Part shown: in pieces, positions 25,987-42,214 of the stretch
Position numbering within the stretch: the first letter of the stretch is position 1
Layout: each line of letters begins with the position of its first letter
Source: the human T2T-CHM13v2.0 reference genome, Homo sapiens
DNA length: 64,000 nt
Reading direction: 5' to 3' (one strand)
Assembly: GCF_009914755.1 (NCBI RefSeq)
Contig: NC_060934.1
Notes under the pieces: model-generated
Databases searched by the model: none
Told to the model about the DNA's origin: nothing
The model's input: the letters and a program-made list of their open reading frames with translations, nothing else
Program-made: the position numbers and the translations under genes

Positions 25987-28742
25987 AAACCAACTGCTGT
26001 GGATTTGCCATCGATCTATGAGGAAATGCCCCCAGCCTCCCACATGGAGTTCTAGGAGCACCACCCTAGGGCAGCCATGGCAGTGGATCACAAGCCCTCT
26101 TCCTTCCTACTGAGCAGTGGAGTCAGGCCCTACCCCTGGTTCTAGGTCACCCTTGGGGACAGTAGGAAGTAAGGGGGACCCTGGGGAAGCAGATGTGCGT
26201 GGGGAGGTTTGTGTGTGTCCGTGGAATGAGGAGGATGAGGAGAATGGAATGTGTGAAACATGATCACCTGTGAGGGCATTTGAAGGTCCGGGCAGCCCAT
26301 GGCTCTAATCCCCCACCTGCACTGAGCCTGGGTGGTCCCAGACACAGATTCCTTCAATGTCCCTTTGCTGAGGGGTATAACCCCCAGGGTGGGCCCAGCC
26401 ACTTGCCACTGGCTGGAACATGGATGTGATGGTGTCAAATCACCTTGGCAGTGACCTTGGCGATGACCTTGGCTATGCCCTTGACTGCCTGAGCCCGGGC
26501 TCTGACATGGGAGGGATGTCCACTGTCTTCTTTCAGTCACTGTTACTTGGGAGCCCTATGACAGCAGCAGACTTGTAGACTAATGAATAGCACACCTCAT
26601 AAGACTTTAGTAAGAAGCAGACAAGGCTATAACTGAAAACATGTTCTGGAAGATAAAAAATTATTCTAATAGTAAAATACGATTTTATTATTATGCTCTA
26701 AAAATCTCTTCTTCTTCCGCTCCCCTTCTCCTCTTCCTCCAGCCAGTTCTCCCTGTTCTTCTCCCAGGCAAAAATAGGATGAAGAGCGGTATCCAAATGG
26801 GGTACTGGGCTTCAGTGTCCTGTCCCAGCCCCACAGCTGATAGCACAAAACAACCCCAAATCATCTTCCCGACACAACACTTTCCTGAGGTTTGAAAATT
26901 TGAAATTCCAATAGGTTTTCTGGGTAAGAACCCTGGGAGAGAAAGCAGAATTAAAAACAGCCAGAGCATCTCCTCCATCTGTGTTTGCTTGCGAGCTGCA
27001 AGAGGAAGGAGAGGCTGGAGGCACCACCTTCCCTCCCAGAAACAAAACAATACCTACGGTGCCTTTGGAAGAATACCCTTCCCCATCCCAGTTCTCGCTC
27101 TCCCAAGCCAGGGGCTCAGAGTAGCATGAGCTCTGGTGGGGCTGACGATGGAACAATTTGACAAGCATCAGGGACAGAAAGATGGGGCGCAGTGGGGGTG
27201 TCGGAGTGTGGCTGGTGGGGAAGCAGAAGAGGCGGTTTGACTCCTCTTGTTGGTTTTATACTATGGGCATTTGTTGAATGCTTGCAGGGAAGTTGGTGAT
27301 TCTTTTTTTTATTTCTCGCTTTGTTTTCTAAAATAAAATTTCATCTTGTTCTAAAAGGACTGAAACCAATAAGCCATTTTGTTAATCTATACCTCAGTTT
27401 ACCTCTTAAGGAAATAAATGAGGAGGACTAACAAAATCCGATGTTTTTTCAAAGTGTTTTCAAGTTCCATCTCTCCATTTTAATGCCACCATCTTGTGAC
27501 ATATCCAAGTCGGTCTCTTGTCCTTACTTTACAGATGTGGAAATGGGCTCAGAGAGGTGAAGACCTTTGCTCAAGGCTGCACAGCTTGTTCCAGCCCTGC
27601 GGGAACGGGAACTCAGGTGCCACAGAAGCTAACCTGAGGACATTGCACTGCCCAGAACCTCTTCCTTTCTCGGGATCTATTCTGAAAGCATTCACAGGTC
27701 TTTGAGCTCCTGTAAACTAAGTGCTGTTCTGTGAGGATTTTTAATGGCAACTGGCTGAGTTGGTTATGGTGAGATCTTCGTCAGGAGACCTTTGGCTCCC
27801 ACTGAGCTCTCTTCGCTGGTCCTTGCTGCAGAGATATGATGACTGACCGATCTTATTCATCTGACACTTCTCTGGGGCTCTCAAAGACACTTTCATCTCA
27901 GTTGCTCCAAGAAAAGAAGCCACACATTTTGACTTTGATACTTGCAAACTCAGGGCTAGGGAGGGCAAGCTAACTTTCCCCTTTTCTGGTTCCTCTTCCA
28001 CAGCGCCCCCCTTCCCTGCACTTCCTCCTCCGAGGCCTCTGCAGTTTAGCGCTTCCTCACCGGGGATGGTTTGGAAATAAAAGCTAAGTGGCATGAAAAG
28101 AACATCTGGCCTCCTGCAAAACAGGAAGGAAAAGAAGGAGGGAAGGGAATTGCTCTCTTGGGGCTTACTGCCTCCAGGAGCAGGGAAAGCGGGACCAAGG
28201 CTCCTGCTGGCTTCCCCAAGGATGTGCCTTCTGTTCCAGCTGAAACACCCTTCATTGTGCCTCACTCTGTGGGCTCAGAAACAGGAGTACCTGCTCTAAG
28301 GTGAGGCCCACTGTGCTAGTTCCAGTGGTCCAACTCCCATTGCTGCCAGGACTGGAGCCTGGAGGTGGGTGAGCTTGGAGGCGGCATTGTCAGAAGACGG
28401 GTATGCCAGCCTGGGCCAACCTGTTCATAACCAATTTCAGGTCTTTCCTTGCTGGACCTCGGGGAAGCTAAAGAAGCAAGGCTAGTTTTGTACTGGAGGC
28501 ATTCCAGACAGGAATGACCTCTTAGCAGAGAGAGAGGAAACGTTTTACAGAAGCTGTTCCATTGGGAAATGTCACGACAAAAGCTGCATTTCAAATCTAT
28601 CATAGGCATGGCTCAGTTTGAAGGACATGGGGAAAAGCTTTTTCAAACCAAGATGCCCCCTCCCTGGCTCCTCCTGCCTTTAGAACATCTAGTCGGCACT
28701 AAGATAATGGGGGCCTTTCCTTGCTTGGCTGTGATGTCACAT

Positions 28743-28750
28743 TGACGTCA
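28743..28750. promoter_or_regulatory. Full palindromic CRE motif TGACGTCA (function untested)
   Basis: Exact motif with intact CpG; near-copy TGATGTCA at 28732. Confidence 0.4.
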
Positions 28751-28909
28751 CCAAAGTGACATAAGTCTGCCAGAGTTGTCCTAGTGCCAGCTGGTCATGG
28801 ACTCTGGAAAGTCGGAGTTGGAATAAGACTGATTTTCCTAGTTCAGATTTTAAGCTGTTGACTTTTACCTATTTCCATACTCTCTAGAAATGAAGGACTT
28901 TGAATTTAT

Positions 28910-29169
28910 TTATTCATTTATTTATTTTGTAGATGGAGTCTCGCTCTGTCACCCAGTTCACTGCAACCTCCACCTCCCAGGTTCAAGCAATTCTCCTGCC
29001 TCACCCTCCGGAGTAGCTGGGACTACAGGTGCGCCCCACCACGCCCAGCTAATTTTTTGTATTTTAGTAGAGATGGGGTTTTACCATGTTGCCCAGGCTG
29101 GTCTTGAATTCCTGAGCTCAGGCAATCTGCCCATCTCAGCCTCCCAAAGTACTGGGATTACAGGCGTGA
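28910..29169 (-). mobile_element. Alu, 5'-truncated with an internal deletion
   Basis: gtcacccag|ttcactgc lacks about 27 nt; TSD tgaatttattt. Confidence 0.9.
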
Positions 29170-29400
29170 TGAATTTATTTTTAATAATTGAAAATGACAT
29201 GACTAAGTATTAAGTGATGGTTCTCTTGCACAAGGGTAGAAACCTTGGTGACTGTAATCCCTAGAGCCCTACTTTCCTTTCTGTTGGCCCTAACATTCTG
29301 CCTCACTATATTTTCACGACTCATCAGTGAATCGGAGAATGTTTCTGAGAACTTGGAGGATGCTGACTTTTCTAAATTCACCTATGTTGACCCTTTAGAG

Positions 29401-29874
29401 CAGGGGTCCTCCAGCCCCCAGGCCATGGACCAGTGGTGGTCCGTGGCCTGTTAGGAACTGGGGTGCACAGCAGGCGGTGAGTGACCGTTCCTGCCTGAGC
29501 CCCGCCTCCTGTCAGATCAGCCACAGCATTAGAGTTTCACAGGAGCAGAAACCCTATCATGAACTGCGCAAGTGAGAGATCTAGGTTGCACACTCCTTAT
29601 GAGAATCTAATGCCTGAGGACCTGTCACTGTCTCCCATTACCCCCAGATGGGACCATCTAGTTGCAGGAAAACAAGCTCAGGGCTCCCACTCATTCTACA
29701 TGATGGTGAGTTGTAATTATTTCATTATATGTTACAATGTAATAATAATAGAAATAGAGTGGACAATTAATGTAATGTGCTTGAATCATCCTGAAACCAT
29801 TCCCCACCCCAGTCTGTGGAAAAATAGGCTTCTACAAAACTGGTCCCTGGTGCCAAAAAGGTTAGGGACCGCTG
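29401..29874 (+). mobile_element. MER1A-like hAT-Charlie element
   Basis: CAGGGGTCC...GGGACCGCTG TIRs, perfect 8-bp TSD CTTTAGAG. Confidence 0.9.
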
Positions 29875-29989
29875 CTTTAGAGAACTCATCAGCGCAGCAC
29901 TCTGCATCACAAATTGCATAAAATGTCTTTCTTGAGTATACTGTGAACACTCAGTTGTGCATTTAGCAGTGCCCCTGCTTCTTTTCAAA

Positions 29990-31830
29990 ATATAGTTCTA
30001 ATTGGCTGAAAGTTCTTTCCTGCACTGAAATTTACCTCCTTGGATATAATTTCTTCCATTGGTCCTGATTCTGCCCTCTGGTTACTCTGAATAAGTGGAA
30101 TTCATGTAATGCCTCTGCCACAGGAAATCCCTTCAACTAATTAAGGGTGGCCAGCACCCTCTTCTGCCTGTTCTTCTTGACAGTAAATGATAACTAAATT
30201 CCTTTAGTTATCTTTCTTTGTCAGAGTTTCTAGACCTATGGTCTTGATCATCTTTGCCCAGACACACAAAGTTTGTCAGTTTGCTTTTTGTACTAGTTCT
30301 TGCTGCCAGGATACTCAGTCTATGTTTAATAACCTTTTTATTGTGGTAAAATATATACAATATAAAATGTATCATGCTAGCCATTTTTAATTGTATAGTT
30401 CAGTGACATTCATACATTCACATTGTTGTGCAACCATCACCACCATCCATCTCCAGAACTATTTTATCTTCCCAAACTCAAACTCTGTCCCCATTCAACA
30501 CTAACGCCCCATTCCTCCCACTCACCAGCCCCTGATAACTGCTCGTCTACTTTCTATGCCTATAAATTTGACTACTCTAGGAACCTCGTATAAGTGGAGT
30601 CTTAGCGTATTTGTCCTTTGTTTCTGGATCATCTCACTTAGCATCATGTTTTTAAGGTTCATCTGTGTCGTAGCAGGTGTCAGAAAGTTTCATGCCTTTT
30701 TAAGGATGAGTGATATTCCATTGTATGAATATGCCCCATTTTGTTTGTTTGTTCCTCTGCTGATGAACATTTGGGCTGTTTCTAGTTTTTGGCCATGGTG
30801 AATAATGCTGCCACGGAGTTTAGTGTACAAGTATCTCAGTCCTCATTTTCAACTATTTTGAGAATACCCAGGAATGGAATTGCTAGATCATGTGGTAACT
30901 CTGTTTAACTTTTTGAGGAATCACTGCACTGTTTTCCTCAGAGTCTGTACCACTTCACATGTCCACCAGCAATTCAAGAAGGTCCCACATCTTCACAGCC
31001 TCACCAACACCACCTTCCCTTTTTTTGGTAATAGCCATCCTAATGGGTGTGAAGCAGAGCTTATTGATTTGTGTTGTATTTCCCTACTGAGGAAGGGTGT
31101 TGAGCATCTTTTCATGAGTGTCAATATCATTACAATGCAGATCCAGAATAATCAGTATTTCCAGATACTATTTGATAAGCAGAAGGTAAAAGTTCTAGAT
31201 GCACTGAAGGTCCATAAATGCAGACCATGAATGAACTGACTTTTGCAGACGTTACATTCTACTGCCAACTCAGATAGAAATGTCAACTAACTAAAACCCC
31301 GGAGTCCTGTTCATCATAATGTTCTCATGATTTCCCCACCTGGCCCTGGACCAGTTAAGCTGTTGACTCTGCGTAAAGGCTTTTGCCAAAGTCAGATCTG
31401 AATTTGGCGTTGGCCTAGTTTTTCAGTCTACATGATCATTTTGATTCTGCATTCTACTGACCCTTTGAGTTTTGTGTGGTCTGCTATAAATCTGGCCTAA
31501 CTTCTAAATCTTAAGGACATTTATTTCTAGAAATGCTGATGACTAGGGCAGAATCCAGTACCGAATTCTATGACCTGCCCCTAAAGACCCCCTTTTCCTG
31601 GATCTGAAGGAATTGTTGCCCCCTAGGTGCCCACTAGGTACTTTTCACGTTTCTAATAGGAGTGTTATGAGCCATTTTGTTAGATATCTCATTGAAATCA
31701 TGTTCTCTCACTGGTCTAATAATTCATTAGTCTGGGGACTCTACAAAAATGGAAACTAGGTGAATCTGGCATGAATTTAGTAAGTCCATGTTGAGACCTA
31801 CTGATTACTTTTTATCTTTTTTTTAACAAC
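29990..31830 (-). mobile_element. L3/CR1-like relic split by an L1MB insertion
   Basis: CR1-like motif ttccattggtcctgattctgccctctgg and degenerate continuation after 31130. Confidence 0.4.
30335..31122 (-). mobile_element. L1MB 3' end
   Basis: ttttattgtggtaaaatata...caaccatcaccaccatccatctccagaac...gttgagcatcttttcatg. Confidence 0.85.
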
Positions 31831-32269
31831 TAAACAGGAATCCTCCTGCTATAATTCAAGCCCATTTCTCTTTGAGTGAACATTTAAAATTGCTAGATAG
31901 CATTCTCTTTGCATTGATTCTTACTGATGCTGCATATTAAAGCCACCTCCAAGCCTCCTCGTTTCCATATGAAGTAATATCTACTCTTTACTCTTTCTCT
32001 AATAAATATTCATATGCACATTTCAAATGATTTTTTTTCTTCTCTGTGGATAGCATCTGATTTTTATGTGACATGATTAAAACGCTGAGCCCAAAGCAAT
32101 TCTGCGCTATTTAAGTTTAAGGTCAAGGAAAGCAACCACACCTTCTCAACACGTTCCTCAACTCTGTCAGAGGCAGAAGCCTGGGATGCACACATGGACC
32201 CCGGCTCTAACTGTGGCCAGTCCTTGTGTTTTCACTAAGAGCAACGAAGCCAATACAAAGCTCAATGAA

Positions 32270-32380
32270 GGACAGAGTAAACATGGGGAAACTGCTTACC
32301 CTCTGTGGGTTTCAGCTTCTTTGCCTATAAAATGAGGGCCTAGAGATTACTCTCTCTAGTCTATTTTCAGCCCAACAACC
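32270..32380 (+). mobile_element. MIR fragment
   Basis: ctctgtgggtttcagcttctttgcctataaaatgaggg. Confidence 0.5.
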
Positions 32381-33094
32381 TGGAGTGGTGCTGACTTGCC
32401 AGGCTCAGTGGCTGTCTCACCACTATCCTCAGGTGAATGCATTTGCAGATAGAAGCCTGCTCTCTTGGAGAAATATCCTTGCATTCTGATGTCATGGGAA
32501 GAACACATAAGTCCTCTCTTCAGTAATAACCTGCATACAGTAAATACTCATTGAGCATGGATTTTAGACAAGAGCTGGTGGGAGAACATGAACTTCATCC
32601 TTGAAATACTTGTATTTTGGCAGAAGCAATAAAACATGAATGCAACAGCATTGATAGAAACTGTAGAGACTTTAACACCCTATAACACAGCATCTGCAGC
32701 TTCAGAGTGAACAGTTCTCCCTCGGGGACAACAGCAGAATTGTGTGTAGTTCAACAGCTGGATCACTAGGTACCCGTCACCATCCATGTCTCCGTGTTAG
32801 ATTCTAGCACCCAGGGGTATGTCCTGGGCCATCAGAAGATCAGCTTAATATTAAATTTGACGTTACGAGGTCTCTTGCCTGCTTTGTGCTTCTAACTCAT
32901 TACCTAAAAAGAACGAAGGTGATAAAAGCTACCTACATCCTAGCTTTCTTAGGTGTTGTTAGGAATATGCCTGGGAAATAGAGTTGCAAAGTCAAGGTCA
33001 CATTCTTTTCATTGTTTCTGTTATTATATTCAATTAAAAAGTAATATAAAAGGGTTTCTTTTTCTGCTTGCATTCAGAAGGGCTCAAAGCAAGA

Positions 33095-33104
33095 GGGAAT
33101 CCCC
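33095..33104. promoter_or_regulatory. Consensus NF-kB motif GGGAATCCCC (function untested)
   Basis: Matches GGGRNNYYCC in unique sequence. Confidence 0.3.
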
Positions 33105-34722
33105 ACTGCCATCACGTCCTTTCCCTGCGTTGAGTCCTTCCTCAGGGCTCTAAGAAAGTCACAGGCTGGGAAGTCACTATTTTGGTGGAGCCCTGAGGGT
33201 GGGCCCTGCCCTCCCTGGAGAGCTCAGCCCTTTCAAGCCTGGCAGGGAGGCAAGGGCTCCTCACCACTGTCCTTTGAAGTCGTGTTCGTTAGCCCAGCAG
33301 TTCCTGTATTTCTGTGCGCTCAGTAATTGGTGAGCACACATCCTGCCATGTTTACTTTTAAAAAGAAAGGAAGAAAAAGTCACACAGGTGGAGTTCGCGG
33401 AGCTGAAAACAAAATACTCAGCCCTGGCGGAGCAGCACAGGCTTCCCTTAGCTTTCAGCTGAGCGCAGTCTGGTCTCTTTCAGTCTCCAGACAGAGGAAA
33501 ACAAAAACAAAAACAAAAGCAAAAACACAACACCATGGGGAAAGGTGGCGTTGGGGAAAAAAGGAGGGAGGAAAAAGTCAGAAATGTGTCTGTCATGACT
33601 AAATTAACCACATTCATTTTCAGAAGAAGAGTTCAGGCATCATTCTAAAGCCAGCAGCAGCTTCTGTCACCCTTATCAATTAGAGAGACGCTAACCACTA
33701 CTTTGTGGTTACCTAAGGAAAGCAAACACACACCTCCAGATGCTGAAACACTGTCCTCGATGATCAAACACACAACCCAACTCACACAGCAGGTTGCTGA
33801 CAAGGCCCACGGTTCTGTTTTCCAGAGAAACACGCTGAGCAGGGCTGAACTGCAAGTGCTGGAAGGAACCCCAGCCTGGGGACAAGGACTGGAGGAAACT
33901 GGGGGGTCGGCTGTACTCCTTCCACAAATGTCCTGCCACTCCCATGCACCGCGCATCCTTCCTGGCTGGGATGACAGGGCCTTGTTTGGCTGATGCTCTG
34001 AGCAGACAGTTGTCAGGACCGAAAGAGCAGAAGGTGCCAGCCCTTCCTGTTGTGAAAAGGAAAGACATGACCTCCAACCCCACGACACTGAGAGAGCTGT
34101 CTCTTTCTCAGATGGTTTGCATATTTCTTCCAAGCAGGCTACCATGGCCATTTTCCCCTCAGCGAGGTCAAGTTCATTACATCATGTATCTTACTATGGT
34201 ACCTTTACCATCTTTTGAAGAGCTCTCAGGAAAGATGTTTGGGAAAAACGATGTTGGAAGAATCAAAGGGTTATGTAGAATATTCATGGGAATTTTACCA
34301 ACGGGGAAAATCAACCTGAAGGAAGTTAAACTGTTTGTGAGTCACAGTTTTGAGCTTAATTCCCACTACCTGACATCCATCCTGGAAAGGATGGTTTGTG
34401 GATGGCTTTATGTTTCCACCAAAATCAACATCGCTCAAGGTTTTTCATCGGGGAGATTTGTCTGTTTAATGACCTGGTCACACTGTCAACTGAAGAACCA
34501 ATTTGCCCATTCTAATAATGCGATGACCACAGAATATATTGTTAACGGCAAGGAGAGACACTGTAATTAACTCCACAGTGATTAACTCTAATTGACTTAG
34601 GCCAAGGACATTGATAAATGGAGATAACTGGAAACTGGGTCTTCACTTATTGGTTCTATTCATTCACCTGCCCTTAGAATCTGAATTTGTGTGATGACTG
34701 TTTAACCTCCTCTCTCGCCTAA

Positions 34723-35040
<318 letters not shown>

Positions 35041-35529
35041 CCCACATTGTCTTAAGTCAACTCTTTCTTTTCCTGAGTGACAAAGTCTGCTATTATTTCC
35101 TTTCTGTTTTTTTTTTTTTAATCTATAGGGGAAAAATAGCGGGAAAATGTGAATGTAACATTTTTATTTTTACAATACTGGGACTCTGGGAGTTAATCTC
35201 TAACTTGCTAAATAAGAAGATTATCCAATTCAGTTAAAAATAATATTAATTACTGAGCACTCACAAATGTGTGACTTCAGGAACCACGGACATGAGAAAG
35301 GCATTTTTCTTGCACCTGGTCTTCATGTAACTTATCATTTAGAAAGGGAAGAGAAGGAGGCTAAATTAATTTTTATCATGGCTCAAAGCACTGCGCTGGG
35401 CGCTGTCTGTTGCTTTACCTGATTTTATTAAATCCTCACAACAACCTTTGAAAAATGGCCTACTGATCCGATTTTACAGAAGAGGCAATGGAGGCTTTCA
35501 AAGGTTAAACTGGAATATTCTTGAGGCTG

Positions 35530-36195
35530 AAAAAGGAAGGACGTGGTGACACCTGCTACAACATGGAGGAAACTTGGGGACATTATGCTCGGTGAAAGAA
35601 GCCAGACACCAAGGGACAAATGTTAAACAGTTCCACTGAAATGAGTCCCTAGAGGAGTCACATTCACAGACACTGAGGGTAGAATTGTGGCTCCCGGGAA
35701 CTTGGAAGGGGGGAAATGGGGAATTCATGCTTGATGGGGACAGAGTCTCAGTTTGGGATGATGAAAAGGTTCTGGAGATGCGTGGTGGCGATGGTTGCAT
35801 AATACTGTGAATGTTCTCATGTCCCTGAACTGTACACTTCAAATTGGTTCAGGCCAGGCACGGTGGCTCATGCCTGCAATCCCAGCACTTTGGGAGGCTG
35901 AGGCAGGCAGATCACAAGGTGAGGAGTTCGAGACCAGCCTGGCAAACATGGTGAAACTACTAAAAATACAAAAATTAGCCAGGTGTGGTGGTGTGTGCCT
36001 GTAATCCCAGCTATTCGGGAGGCTGAGGCGGGGAGAATCGCTTGAACCCAGGAGGTGGAGGTTGCAGTGAGCTGAGATTGTGCCACTGCACTCCAGCCTG
36101 GGGGACATAGCAAAACTCCATCTCAGGAAAACGAGAAAAAAAAAAGGTTCACATGGTAAATTTTGTGTTACGCGTGTTCTAGCACAACAACAAAA
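35530..36195 (+). mobile_element. L1MB 3' end nested in a MIR and itself interrupted by an Alu
   Basis: cctgctacaacatggagg...cagtttgggatgatgaaaaggttctggagatg; MIR pieces at about 35400-35520 and 36200-36290. Confidence 0.8.
35852..36145 (+). mobile_element. Alu (AluS)
   Basis: Dimeric Alu, flanking repeat ending ggttca. Confidence 0.95.
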
Positions 36196-36594
36196 GAAAG
36201 AGTTCAAGTGAATTGTCCGAGGACCTACAGCTAGTAAGTGGGATGGTGGGGAACTGAGCTCAGAGATATCTAACTGCAAATGTTAGGTGTTACTCATGAT
36301 GGTGTACAGGCCCTGATGTTTATTATTTTTGTTACCTGCCTCCTGTTTTTGTGTATCAATTAATAGTAAGCGTCTTAAAACAAAAAGGGCAGTAAAATGG
36401 GGTGCCAGTGGGATTAGGGTAGGGGAGTCAGGACTGCCTCACTCCACACACCATCCAGGTTTACAGTAGAAGTGCCCCTTGGGGTAGAGCAAGATGAGGT
36501 TGCAGAGGAAAGGAAATTTCAGCGTGGTGCAAGGAATATACACAAAGCTTAGCCATGTGGAAGCTACATTAGTTCAAAGAAGGTGTTATACTTA

Positions 36595-39025
<2,431 letters not shown>

Positions 39026-39642
39026 AAAGAAGATGTTATACTTAATTCTTAATGCATCCAGCTCAGCTACAGTGAAAGACCACATTGATCCATCCATGAT
39101 CCATTTATCCATTCATTCACCAGTCTTATTGTGTGACAGCCATATGCCAAAGCTCTGAGGCAGGCACGTATAAGCCATGTTGTGTTATTAGGACCTCTGT
39201 TTTCCAAGGGCTTACATTCTAATGGGAGCGATGGAACAGCTCTGAAAACTTAAGAAGCAGTACATGGGGCCATATAAGTAATGAACATCTAGTTGTACAC
39301 AAAATAAGTGTCCTGGGTCCTTAAGGCAAGAGGAATCCAAGTGCCCTGGGTTGGCTTCTGACTGTATCATGGAGAAAGCAGTATGGAGTTGGGCATGCTG
39401 CAATGGGATTCATTAGAGTTCCCTTGGGTAGAATTTATGTAGATAGGGAGGAAGTACGGGATATTCTGGAAGGGCAGAATGCTTCATATGAGCCAACATC
39501 AAAGACTGGACTAAAGCAAGAAGTCTGGGCAAGATACTCACTTGGGAAATTCAGAAACAGTCGACTTATTTTTATGATAACTGGAGTGAGGGCAGGGAAT
39601 CAGAAAATTCCCCCATCATACAAAGGTTTGTCATAGCGATTA

Positions 39643-39705
39643 CTAGGTTGGTACAAAAGTAATTGCAATTTTTGCCATTAAAAGTAATGACAAAAACTGC
39701 AATTA
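39643..39705. mobile_element. MADE1, right end truncated
   Basis: ctaggttggtacaaaagtaattgcaatttttgccattaaaagtaatgacaaaaactgcaatta. Confidence 0.88.
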
Positions 39706-39728
39706 TGTAGCTTTTCTTATCATGGTAA

Positions 39729-40071
<343 letters not shown>

Positions 40072-40408
40072 TTAATCATTTTCAATGTATAGTTCAGCAG
40101 TGTTCTGTATATTCACATTGTTGGGCATTCATCTCCAGAACTTTTACATCTTGCAAGTCTGAAATTCTGCACCCATTAAACAATAACTCCCCATTCTCCC
40201 TTTCCACAAGCCCTGCAATCTCCGTTCTACTTCCCGTTTCTGTGAATTTGACTACTTGAGATACTTCTCATAGGTAGAACGGGCAATATCTGTTCTTTTG
40301 TATCTGGCTTATTTCACCTAACATAATTTCCTCAAAGTTCATCCACATGACAGCATGTGAAGGAATTTATTTCCTTTTTAAGGCTAATAGTCTAATATCC
40401 CATTGCAC

Positions 40409-40700
40409 TTTTTTTTCTGAGATGGAGTCTCACTCTGCCGCCCAGCCTGGAGTGCAGCGGTATGACCTTGGCTCACTGCAGCCTCCACCTCCCAGATTCA
40501 AACTATTCTCATGCCTCCGCCACCTGAGTAGCTGGGATTACAGGCACATGCCACCATGCCCGGCTAATTTTTATATGTTTAGTAAAGATGGGATTTTGCC
40601 ATGTTGGCCAGGCTGGTCTCAAACTCCTGGCCTCAAGTGATCAGCCTGCCTCAGCCTCCCAAAGTGCTGGGATTATGGGCATGAACCACTGTGCCCAGCC
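40409..40700 (-). mobile_element. Alu
   Basis: Alu reverse complement. Confidence 0.95.
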
Positions 40701-41123
40701 TCCATTGCATGTTTGTAGCATATTTTGTTCATCCATTCATCTGTTGATGGATATGTGGGTCGTCTCCACCTCTTGGCTATTGAGAATCCTGCTGCTAATC
40801 GATGTGGGTGTGTAAATATCTCTTCAAGACCCTGCTTTCAATTCCTTTGAATATATACTCAGGGTAGAATTGCTGGATCATGCAGTCATTCTAAGTTTTT
40901 GAGGAACCACCGTACTGATTCCCATAGCAGCTATACCATTTTACATTCCCAGCAAAAGTGCAAAAAGGCTCCAACTCTCCACGTCTTCACCAACACTTGT
41001 TATTTTTTGTTTTTTGATCTAGCCATCCTAATGGGTTCAAGGCAATATCTCCTTTGATTTGCACTTCTCTAATGGGATTATAATTTGTATTTGCTAATGG
41101 TAAGTAATGTTGAGCATCTTCTC

Positions 41124-42214
41124 TTTTTTTTAAATGTTTATTTTAGGTTCAGGGGTACGCCTGCAGGTTTGTTATACAGGTAAACTTGTGCCACGGGGGT
41201 TTGTTGTACAGATTATTTCATCACCCAGGTACTAAGCCTGGTACCTAATAGTTATTTTTTTCTGATCTTCTCTCTACTGTCACCCTCCACCCTCTGACAG
41301 GCCCCAGTGTGTGTTGTTCCCCTCTTTGTGTCCATGTGTTCTCATAATTTAGCTCCCACTTATAAGTGAGAACATGCCACATTTGGTTTTCTGTTTCTGT
41401 GTTAGTTTGCTAAGGATAATGGCCTCCAGCTCCATCCACGTTTCTGCAAAAGTCCTGGTCTCATGCATTTTTGTGTCTGCATAGTATTCCATGGTGCATA
41501 TGTACCACATTTTCTTTTTTTTTTCTTTTTTTTTTTTTGAGATGGAGTCTCACTCTGTCACCCAGGCTGGAGTGCCTGGAGTGCACCATCTCAGCTCACT
41601 GCAAGCTCCGCCTCCTGGGTTCATGCCATTCTCCTGCCTCAGCCTCCTGAGTAGCTGGGACTACAGGTGCCTGCCACCACACCCGGCTAATATTTTGTAT
41701 TTTTAGTAGAGACGGGGTTTCACCATGTTAACCAGGATGGTCTCGATCTCCTGACCTTGTGATCCGCCTGCCTCGGCCTCCCAAAGTGCTGGGATTACAG
41801 GTGTGAGCCACCACGCCCAGCCCACATTTTCTTTATCTATCTACCACTGATGGACATTTAGGTTGATTCCATGTCTTTGCTATTGCAAATAGTGCTGCAG
41901 TGAACACACACGTGCGTGTGTCTTTATGATAGAACGATTTCTATTCCTTCGGTTATGTACCCAGTAATGGGATTCCTGGGTCGAATGGTAGCTCTGTTTT
42001 TAGCTCTTTGAGGAATCACCATACTGCTTTCCACAATGGTTGAACTGGTTTACACTCCTACCAACAGTGTATAAGCATTCCATTTTCTCCACAACCTTGC
42101 CAGCATCTGTTATTCTTTGGCTTTTCAGTAATAGCCATTCGGACTGGTGTGAGACTGTATCTCATTGTGGTTTTGATTTGCATTTCTCTAATGATCACTG
42201 ATAGTGAACTTTTT
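41124..42214 (-). mobile_element. Older L1PA 3' end (about L1PA13-16) inserted in the L1MB
   Basis: ttttaggttcaggggtac...cagattatttcatcacccagg 3' UTR; ORF2 C-terminal peptide. Confidence 0.85.
41510..41822 (-). mobile_element. Alu (AluY-like) nested in the L1PA
   Basis: gcaagctccgcctc, ttcatgccattctc and ccaggatggtctcgatc diagnostics; TSD ccacattttcttt. Confidence 0.93.

Noticed and set aside
34377-34394. Short hairpin CCATCCT-GGAA-AGGATGG with a GNRA loop
   Set aside because: A 7-bp stem is expected by chance, lies on the non-transcribed sense, and has no other ncRNA hallmarks.
33944-34570. 208-aa plus-strand ORF, the longest outside L1 sequence
   Set aside because: No recognisable domain or coding-like composition, antisense in an intron, and no exon structure evident. 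Probably chance; a conservation (PhyloCSF) check would settle it.
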